Made by a program: the position numbers and the translations under genes. A stretch of DNA of 63,866 bases, the filler included, from Guillardia theta CCMP2712 (lineage: Eukaryota > Protista > Cryptophyta): NCBI RefSeq assembly GCF_000315625.1. It is 4 parts of 4 records of this genome, joined end to end, with 100 filler letters (N's around TTAATTAATTAA, not from the genome) between each part and the next. Parts side by side here need not be neighbours in the genome. Positions count along the whole stretch, not along the records: positions 54,894 to 61,750 come from NW_005434222.1; positions 61,851 to 63,866 come from NW_005434527.1; 2 more parts are not named here. One strand, given 5' to 3'. The notes beneath the pieces were generated by a model that saw only the letters and a program-made list of their open reading frames with translations, made no database searches and had not been told where the DNA came from. Each line of letters begins with the position of its first letter. Position 1 is the first letter of the stretch. Positions 54,894 through 63,866 of the stretch are shown here, one piece after another.

Positions 54894-56083
54894 AAACCCA
54901 TAGGACATTTCTCCCAGGGGGAAGAAAACCTCCCTTGACCCCCCTGTTTCTCGACGGATCCTGCCGGCCGGGCCCGTCAGTAGACCGACTGCAGCCTTCA
55001 GCCCCGCCTCAGACCCTAATACTCTCAGTCGTGTTATCTCACACACGTGGATACTCCCGGAGTGCCTACTTTATAGTAAATCAAATCTAACTCCTGTCAT
55101 TGTGAATTTGTCCCGTGACATGTCAGCCGGCTGACAGGGGCCGTGACCCGGCTGACAGGCTCACCTGACCGGTCACGTGACACATCACGTGACCGAGACA
55201 AGACTTTTTTATATCGCAGATCCAAAAACCCATAGGACATTTCTCCCAGGGGGAAGAAAACCTCCCTTGACCCCCCTGTTTCTCGACGGATCCTGCCGGC
55301 CGGGCCCGTCAGTAGACCGACTGCAGCCTTCAGCCCCGCCTCAGACCCCCTGGAGGCCCGCCAGGAGGCTAAGTGTCCGGAGATTGGCCGGGGGCCTGAT
55401 CTCTCCGGGCGGCCGTGACCGGTCAGCGGACCGTGTCAGCAGGCCCGTGACATGTCAGCCGGCTGACAGGGGCCGTGACCCGGCTGACAGGCTCACCTGA
55501 CCGGTCACGTGACACATCACGTGACCGAGACAAGACTTTTTTATATCGCAGATCCAAAAACCCATAGGACATTTCTCCCAGGGGGAAGAAAACCTCCCTT
55601 GACCCCCCTGTTTCTCGACGGATCCTGCCGGCCGGGCCCGTCAGTAGACCGACTGCAGCCTTCAGCCCCGCCTCAGACCCCCTGGAGGCCCGCCAGGAGG
55701 CTAAGTGTCCGGAGATTGGCCGGGGGCCTGATCTCTCCGGGCGGCCGTGACCGGTCAGCGGACCGTGTCAGCAGGCCCGTGACATGTCAGCCGGCTGACA
55801 GGGGCCGTGACCCGGCTGACAGGCTCACCTGACCGGTCACGTGACACATCACGTGACCGAGACAAGACTTTTTTATATCGCAGATCCAAAAACCCATAGG
55901 ACATTTCTCCCAGGGGGAAGAAAACCTCCCTTGACCCCCCTGTTTCTCGACGGATCCTGCCGGCCGGGCCCGTCAGTAGACCGACTGCAGCCTTCAGCCC
56001 CGCCTCAGACCCCCTGGAGGCCCGCCAGGAGGCTAAGTGTCCGGAGATTGGCCGGGGGCCTGATCTCTCCGGGCGGCCGTGAC
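54894..56083. repeat. 332-bp tandem satellite, left block
   Basis: Equivalent positions at 55177, 55509 and 55841 (period 332); near-identical units. Confidence 0.97.
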
Positions 56084-58489
56084 ATTACGTTCGCTTATAG
56101 CTTTAGTTAATTCTCGATTCTGTCCTTCTGGTACTAATCATGGACATGGCTCTAATTGCAATTTGTACTAGTCCTTCCCCCCCTGATGGCGCCTGGGGGT
56201 CTTCAGCCCTTGCCTGGAGTAGACCCCACCCTCACTCTCCCATGGGAAAAGAGTAGGTCGGGTGGGCGACTTGGCTGGGGCAAGGGTAGGTTGTGAACCT
56301 TTTATTCCAAGTATTTGCATGCAGAAATTTGTATCGGCGGCGTGCTATTCTTAGATTCAAACTGTACTGCATGACGACAATAAAATCAATTCTACACGCC
56401 TTCGTGGTACAAGAATAGTACCGAAAATCCTATCGACCCACCCATGCTTTTCTCTGTTGGATACAGGAGGCATAACCCCTGGTCAGAGGCGTGTATTCAA
56501 AATTTGAACTTTAACGTAAGGTACCCACCCTTGCTCATGTGTCATAATTCCCTAAAACAGGAGGGTGATCGATACGGCACTCAATCTTGGTTATCAGGGG
56601 GTAGGTGGTAAGGAATCCCCAACCCATCCCTCCCTCTCGATGCATGATGAATGTTGCCCATCCAGCGACCATCAGGCTACTGAAAGATGCCAAGACCAAC
56701 ATGGTGACAAAGGTCAAACATGAGAATCAAAGATGGTGTGTTTGAGTGGTATACATGCTCACTTTGCAACTCTGATACTTTAGTGACAGATCCTGCTTCC
56801 CGGCGAGCAGTCATCGTGCATGGATCAGGATGCCCAAAGCTCTGCCCTTTTCAACGCTGCACTTGCACATATTACATGTGGTGATGCACTCAGGTTGGCA
56901 TTGCTACTCCACATACAGGTTGATGACAGACGTTATATTGTCTAGATTGTTTAGAACCCCAATTCCAGCTTGAACAACATTCTTGAAGACGTGCAAACTG
57001 TTAGCGGCAATCTGTTTCTCAAAAACAGAACCCATCACGAATCACGGTGAGGCTGAGATCAAGTGAAGATTGATCTTCTCATGTTTGTGTATCAGGTAAG
57101 CATCGTGCATCCACATGAACAAGCAACACAGCATTTTTTTCCTTAGCACCTTCCTTCCTAGCAGAACAATGAACACATGTAAGATATTACATGCTCGTGA
57201 CGATATCGACAGCAGACAAGTTTTACGACAAAAGAAAATTATGTAGGGATGATCTAAGTGTATCGAATACTTGCTGTTGGTGCTCAACATGTGGAGAAAA
57301 GACGATTTGAATGAATTCATGACAATTCATGACAGTGGATCACTTCTGAAGCAACGTATCTCAATGTTGCATACATAGCTTGACTTCATATCCTTATATC
57401 GTGAGAGTTGACAACCTGTATGGAGTGAGCTTTTCTGCGTCACATCATCATGCTGAGATCTGCATGCAACTTTCCAGCGCAGTTGCAGAGTCATGTGCAC
57501 AGGAGTTCTCTTGCAAGTTAGACTGATTCCAGATCATGCTTAATGAAATGCGTACCTTCTGTTGATGCCTTGACCAAGAACAATCGTGTTACAGAGTATT
57601 GCTACTTGCTGCATGCGAAGCTGCTACTGTCTACAACACTCTAGAGTTCTGAACATCATATCAGTCCACAGCATGCAGGTTGCAAGGTTCCGAACGAACC
57701 ACGCTTCAAAGCAGGGCCATGAGCTTTGAATCATGCTTGATAGAACACGTACACTCAGCTCAGTTCATGCTTTCGTGACCCTAGTTGGATGTTCATACAC
57801 CTTGCCAATGCCCGTGAAACATGTTGCCTCTCCCATTCAAATGTATACTGTAAATCTGAGGCACAAAAATTCTAACATCAAATATCTTGAACTATGCAAA
57901 ATCAAAATCCTTGATTACACTATGATGAGGCAAGAGCAGGATGCTTTTTGTCCCATCTTGTTTGTGAGGGCACGAGTGAAGGTTGAGCTGCTTTGACAAA
58001 CAGCACTGGATATCTAGTGCAATACTTTACATCTCAAGCATTTTTTTATTGATAAAACATAACATTGTCGACTATGCGAATGAAAAATCATCACAGCAAC
58101 ACTTGGATGGTGCTTGATTCTGAACTTGCAAGATTAGATTACGATAAGGATGATTGTATTCACAAAAGCAACACAACGACCGTGTTATCAAGATATCTCA
58201 TCGACATTAACTTCGAATCTTGATGGTCTATCTGTCTTCGTCATTGATTAGCGTTGTGCATATCCCTGCACCATCGCGAGAGGGCTGAAGGATGGGGGGA
58301 GGGGCTTGGGGGGTCTACCATCATAAAATGCTGGACTCTTAAAAGTATTGTAATTTGTACCATTAAAACAAATAAATTAGTATTACAGGACCCACCCCTG
58401 TGCATTTCCCTCTTCAAACTCTACCACCGTGACGCCTGTATCAGAGCCCCACAGGAAAAAGAACCCCAAAACCAACAAGCGAACGTAAT
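56084..58489. mobile_element. 2406-bp non-autonomous TIR (DNA-transposon-like) element inserted in the satellite
   Basis: TIRs ATTACGTTCGCTT (56084-56096) and AAGCGAACGTAAT (58477-58489). GAC is duplicated at 56081-56083 and 58490-58492 relative to the empty site GGCCGT-GAC-CGGTCAGC. The repeat register shifts by 2409 = 2406+3. Confidence 0.9.
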
Positions 58490-61400
58490 GACCGGTCAGC
58501 GGACCGTGTCAGCAGGCCCGTGACATGTCAGCCGGCTGACAGGGGCCGTGACCCGGCTGACAGGCTCACCTGACCGGTCACGTGACACATCACGTGACCG
58601 AGACAAGACTTTTTTATATCGCAGATCCAAAAACCCATAGGACATTTCTCCCGGCAGGGGGAAGAAAACCTCCCTTGACCCCCCTGTTTCTCGACGGATC
58701 CTGCCGGCCGGGCCCGTCAGTAGACCGACTGCAGCCTTCAGCCCCGCCTCAGACCCCCTGGAGGCCCGCCAGGAGGCTAAGTGTCCGGAGATTGGCCGGG
58801 GGCCTGATCTCTCCGGGCGGCCGTGACCGGTCAGCGGACCGTGTCAGCAGGTCCGTGACATGTCAGCCGGATGACAGGGGCCGTGACCCGGCTGACACGC
58901 TCACCTGACCGGTCACGTGACACATCACGTGACCGAGACAAGACTTTTTTATATCGCAGATCCAAAAACCCATAGGACATTTCTCCCAGGGCGAAGAAAA
59001 CCTCCCTTGACCCCCCTGTTTCTCGACGGATCCTGCCGGCCGGGCCCGTCAGTAGACCGACTGCAGCCTTCAGCCCCGCCTCAGACCCCCTGGAGGCCCG
59101 CCAGGAGGCTAAGTGTCCGGAGATTGGCCGGGGGCCTGATCTCTCCGGGCGGCCGTGACCGGTCAGCGGACCGTGTCAGCAGGCCCGTGACATGTCAGCC
59201 GGCTGACAGGGGCCGTGACCCGGCTGACAGGCTCACCTGACCGGTCACGTGACACATCACGTGACCGAGACAAGACTTTTTTATATCGCAGATCCAAAAC
59301 CCATAGGACATTTCTCCCAGGGGGAAGAAAACCTCCCTTTGACCCCCTGTTTCTCGACGGATCCTGCCGGCCGGGCCCGTCAGTAGAGCGACTGCAGCCT
59401 TCAGCCCCGCTCAGACCCCCTGGAGGCCCGCCAGGAGGCTAAGTGTCCGGAGATTGGCCGGGGGCCTGATCTCTCCGGGCGGCCGTGACCGGTCAGCGGA
59501 CCGTGTCAGCAGGCCCGTGACATGTCAGCCGGCTGACAGGGGCCGTGACCCGGCTGACAGGCTCACCTGACCGGTCACGTGACACATCACGTGACCGAGA
59601 CAAGACTTTTTTATATCGCAGATCCAAAAACCCATAGGACATTTCTCCCAGGGGGAAGAAAACCTCCCTTGACCCCCCTGTTTCTCGACGGATCCTGCCG
59701 GCCGGGCCCGTCAGTAGACCGACTGCAGCCTTCAGCCCCGCCTCAGACCCCCTGGAGGCCCGCCAGGAGGCTAAGTGTCCGGAGATTGGCCGGGGGCCTG
59801 ATCTCTCCGGGCGGCCGTGACCGGTCAGCGGACCGTGTCAGCAGGCCCGTGACATGTCAGCCGGCTGACAGGGGCCGTGACCCGGCTGACAGGCTCACCT
59901 GACCGGTCACGTGACACATCACGTGACCGAGACAAGACTTTTTTATATCGCAGATCCAAAAACCCATAGGACATTTCTCCCAGGGGGAAGAAAACCTCCC
60001 TTGACCCCCCTGTTTCTCGACGGATCCTGCCGGCCGGGCCCGTCAGTAGAGCGACTGCAGCCTTCAGCCCCGCCTCAGACCCCCTGGAGGCCCGCCAGGA
60101 GGCTAAGTGTCCGGAGATTGGCCGGGGGCCTGATCTCTCCGGGCGGCCGTGACCGGTCAGCGGACCGTGTCAGCAGGCCCGTGACATGTCAGCCGGCTGA
60201 CAGGGGCCGTGACCCGGCTGACAGGCTCACCTGACCGGTCACGTGACACATCACGTGACCGAGACAAGACTTTTTTATATCGCAGATCCAAAAACCCATA
60301 GGACATTTCTCCCAGGGGGAAGAAAACCTCCCTTGACCCCCCTGTTTCTCGACGGATCCTGCCGGCCGGGCCCGTCAGTAGACCGACTGCAGCCTTCAGC
60401 CCCGCCTCAGACCCCCTGGAGGCCCGCCAGGAGGCTAAGTGTCCGGAGATTGGCCGGGGGCCTGATCTCTCCGGGCGGCCGTGACCGGTCAGCGGACCGT
60501 GTCAGCAGGCCCGTGACATGTCAGCCGGCTGACAGGGGCCGTGACCCGGCTGACAGGCTCACCTGACCGGTCACGTGACACATCACGTGACCGAGACAAG
60601 ACTTTTTTATATCGCAGATCCAAAAACCCATAGGACATTTCTCCCAGGGGGAAGAAAACCTCCCTTGACCCCCCTGTTTCTCGACGGATCCTGCCGGCCG
60701 GGCCCGTCAGTAGACCGACTGCAGCCTTCAGCCCCGCCTCAGACCCCCTGGAGGCCCGCCAGGAGGCTAAGTGTCCGGAGATTGGCCGGGGGCCTGATCT
60801 CTCCGGGCGGCCGTGACCGGTCAGCGGACCGTGTCAGCAGGCCCGTGACATGTCAGCCGGCTGACAGGGGCCGTGACCCGGCTGACAGGCTCACCTGACC
60901 GGTCACGTGACACATCACGTGACCGAGACAAGACTTTTTTATATCGCAGATCCAAAAACCCATAGGACATTTTCCAGGGGAGGAAGAAAAACCTCCCCTT
61001 GACCCCCCTGTTTTCTGGACGGATCCTGCCGGCCGGGCCCCGTCAGTAGACCCGACTGCAGCCTTCAGCCCCGCCTCGAGGCCCGCCAGGAGGCTAAGTG
61101 TGCTAAGTGTCCGGGAGATTGGCCGTCTCCGGGCGGCCGTGACCGGTCAGCGGACCGTGTCAGCAGGCCCGTGACATGTCAGCCGGCTGACAGGGGCCGT
61201 GACCCGGCTGATCACCTGACCGGTCACGTGACACAACACATCACGTGACCGAGACAAGACTTTTTTATATCGCAGATCCAAAAACCCATAGGACATTTCT
61301 CCCAGGGGGAAGAAAACCTCCCTTGACCCCCCCTTGACCCCCCTGTTTCTCGACGGATCCTGCCGGCCGGGCCCGTCAGTAGACCGACTGCAGCCTTCAG

Positions 61401-61750
61401 CCCCGCCTCAGACCCCCTGGAGGCCCGCCAGGAGGCTAAGTGTCCGGAGATTGGCCGGGGGCCTGATCTCTCCGGGCGGCCGTGACCGGTCAGCGGACCG
61501 TGTCAGCAGGCCCGTGACATGACAGGGGCCGTGACCCGGCTGACAGGCTCACCTGACCGGTCACGTGACACATCACGTGACCGAGACAAGACTTTTTTAT
61601 ATCGCAGATCCAAAAACCCATAGGACATTTCTCCCAGGGCGAAGAAAACCTCCCTTGACCCCCCTGTTTCTCGACGGATCCTGCCGGCCGGGCCCGTCAG
61701 TAGAGCGACTGCAGCCTTCAGCCCCGCCTCAGACCCCCTGGAGGCCCGCC
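58490..61750. repeat. 332-bp tandem satellite, right block (about 13 units in both blocks together)
   Basis: Equivalent positions at 58582, 58917, 59579, 59911, 60243, 60575 and 61565; indel-rich units at ~60960-61560. Confidence 0.97.
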
Positions 61751-61850
61751 NNNNNNNNNNNNNNNNNNNNNNNNNNNNNNNNNNNNNNNNNNNNTTAATT
61801 AATTAANNNNNNNNNNNNNNNNNNNNNNNNNNNNNNNNNNNNNNNNNNNN
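61751..61850. other. Artificial contig-joining spacer
   Basis: N44-TTAATTAATTAA-N44. Confidence 0.98.
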
Positions 61851-61982
61851 GGGAGGGAGGAGGTAGAGGGCAGTGTAGGGAGGGATGTTTAGGAAGCAAG
61901 AGGAAAGAGTCGGGCAGAAGGAAGAAGAAGTGTGTCCTTCATGACAGGGTTTGCCCCTCTGATCCACATGGTTGTGTTGCAG

Positions 61983-63866
61983 GTCCGGTGGTTCATTTCA
62001 GAACAAGATTCGCAGCTCTCCGACTTGGTCTGTCTCTTCCGTCTATGCCAGCTTGTCCTCGAGGCCCTCGAGATGCGCCATGCCGAAGATCTCGCCCTGG
62101 TGCGCAACGAGCAGGAAGGCACGGAGGAGATGAAGGCAGAGGTTGAGAGGATGCGGGAGGAGGTTCAAGGGTTCGAAGAAGCATGGAGAATGGTGATGGG
62201 AGCAAGCGATGTGGTGGAGATGGCAGTAGGAAGGATGCAAGACAGCTTGACTGTCGCTCAGCGCCATGTGGATCAGGTGAGGAGGAGGAAGGAGAGGAGG
62301 ACCAAGAGCGGGGAGGGGGGAGGAGAAGGAAGGAGGGAGGGAGGAAGTTGAGGAAAAGGNNNNNNNNNNNNNNNNNNNNNNNNNNNNNNNNNNNNNNNNN
62401 NNNNNNNNNNNNNNNNNNNNNNNNNNNNNNNNNNNNNNNNNNNNNNNNNNNNNNNNNNNNNNNNNNNNNNNNNNNNNNNNNNNNNNNNNNNNNNNNNNNN
62501 NNNNNNNNNNNNNNNNNNNNNNNNNNNNNNNNNNNNNNNNNNNNNNNNNNNNNNNNNNNNNNNNNNNNNNNNNNNNNNNNNNNNNNNNNNNNNNNNNNNN
62601 NNNNNNNNNNNNNNNNNNNNNNNNNNNNNNNNNNNNNNNNNNNNNNNNNNNNNNNNNNNNNNNNNNNNNNNNNNNNNNNNNNNNNNNNNNNNNNNNNNNN
62701 NNNNNNNNNNNNNNNNNNNNNNNNNNNNNNNNNNNNNNNNNNNNNNNNNNNNNNNNNNNNNNNNNNNNNNNNNNNNNNNNNNNNNNNNNNNNNNNNNNNN
62801 NNNNNNNNNNNNNNNNNNNNNNNNNNNNNNNNNNNNNNNNNNNNNNNNNNNNNNNNNNNNNNNNNNNNNNNNNNNNNNNNNNNNNNNNNNNNNNNNNNNN
62901 NNNNNNNNNNNNNNNNNNNNNNNNNNNNNNNNNNNNNNNNNNNNNNNNNNNNNNNNNNNNNNNNNNNNNNNNNNNNNNNNNNNNNNNNNNNNNNNNNNNN
63001 NNNNNNNNNNNNNNNNNNNNNNNNNNNNNNNNNNNNNNNNNNNNNNNNNNNNNNNNNNNNNNNNNNNNNNNNNNNNNNNNNNNNNNNNNNNNNNNNNNNN
63101 NNNNNNNNNNNNNNNNNNNNNNNNNNNNNNNNNNNNNNNNNNNNNNNNNNNNNNNNNNNNNNNNNNNNNNNNNNNNNNNNNNNNNNNNNNNNNNNNNNNN
63201 NNNNNNNNNNNNNNNNNNNNNNNNNNNGTAGTAGTACGTACGTAGGAGAGACGAGGAAGAACAAGGAAGAAGAAGACATGGAGGCGGAGGAGGAGGAGGA
63301 GGAGGAGGAGGAGAGCTATGATGAAGACCTTGTCCTGCTCATGAACCCGAAGGTTGACGTTCGACTCACAAGCACGAGGGGGCAGCAAGTCAAATTTGAC
63401 GAGGAGCGAGAGATGGACCTGTCAAGTGACTCGAAGCAGGTTGTAGAACTCCTCCCCTCCCTCCTCCTTCCTCCCCTCCCTCCTTCTGCCTCTCTCCCTC
63501 CTTCTGCCTCTCTCCCTCCTTCTGCCTCTCTCCCTCCTTCTGCCTCTCTCCCTCCTTTCCTCAATCCGCCTGTCTCTTTGTCGCTCCTCCTCGCCTCCTC
63601 GCCTTCTCTCCTCTGCGCTACCAAGTGTCTTCGCTCAGATGATGGGGCAGGGTGAGGAGCAGCAGACGGGAGGTCACCGGAGGGAGGAGGAGCGAGGAGG
63701 AGGAGGAAGAGAGCGAATTCGTCCAAGCAGAGAGAAGGAGAGGGTTGCGCATAAGCAGAGCTCAGAGTCCAGCGGCCGCCCAGCATGGAAGCCAGCGATG
63801 CATTCTTCGTCGTCAAGGCTGAAGCCGAAGGAGGTGAGGGGACGGAGGGAGGGGGAGGGGAGGGGA
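61983..63866 (+). CDS. Internal fragment of an uncharacterised coiled-coil/acidic protein; interrupted by an N gap at 62360-63227
   Basis: Exon-like VRWFISEQDSQLSDLVCLFRLCQLVLEALE...QRHVDQ bounded by AG/GT, with further exon-like segments after the gap. Confidence 0.45.

Noticed and set aside
54571-55200. Physical linkage of the telomere tract and the 332-bp satellite
   Set aside because: They are separated by an artificial contig spacer, so adjacency carries no information.
55177-60898. Repeated 107-aa ORFs (MTHHVTETRL...) as a tandem gene family
   Set aside because: GTG starts, no domain, GC-rich low-complexity translation, and frame-breaking indels in some units; these are satellite translations.
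60960-61560. Diverged satellite subfamily
   Set aside because: Differences are homopolymer indels and tiny local duplications near a contig end, more consistent with low-quality consensus.
54894-61750. 5S rRNA, tRNA or snRNA tandem gene array
   Set aside because: No recognisable 5S sequence, cloverleaf, A/B boxes or canonical Sm site on either strand; only a T6 run. An Rfam search would settle it.

Overview
Eukaryotic nuclear DNA, probably from an alga with a red-derived complex plastid, most likely a cryptophyte. This is an inference from short microsatellite-filled GT-AG introns, an RWP-RK factor, a signal+AF plastid presequence, a signal+LRGG presequence and TTTAGGG telomere repeats. The window is not one locus: four contigs are joined by artificial 100-bp N44-TTAATTAATTAA-N44 spacers at 29922-30021, 54794-54893 and 61751-61850. 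Contig 1 carries a mitochondrial carrier, an RWP-RK factor, an ABCG half-transporter with three homopolymer frameshifts, an MGRN1/LOG2-type RING ligase and unknown genes. It also carries a long spliced gene that appears to join signal/LRGG + PUB + a Cms1-like domain with a PDZ domain inserted inside it. Contig 2 carries C2/GRAM/cNMP, PHOSPHO-type phosphatase, stathmin-like, SAWADEE+BAH, MORN, DUF2834 and RINGv+DUF179 genes and a 17-bp minisatellite, and ends in a LINE-ORF1-like relic capped by (TTTAGGG)n. Contig 3 is a palindrome-rich 332-bp satellite. It is interrupted by a 2406-bp element with 13-bp terminal inverted repeats and a GAC target duplication, and by an exactly length-preserving 95-bp foreign replacement. 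Contig 4 is a gapped gene fragment. Divergent intergenic regions repeatedly show a G-rich(GGGTA) / AT-rich core / C-rich(TACCC) polarity switch. All domain calls are by eye from motifs; no searches were run.
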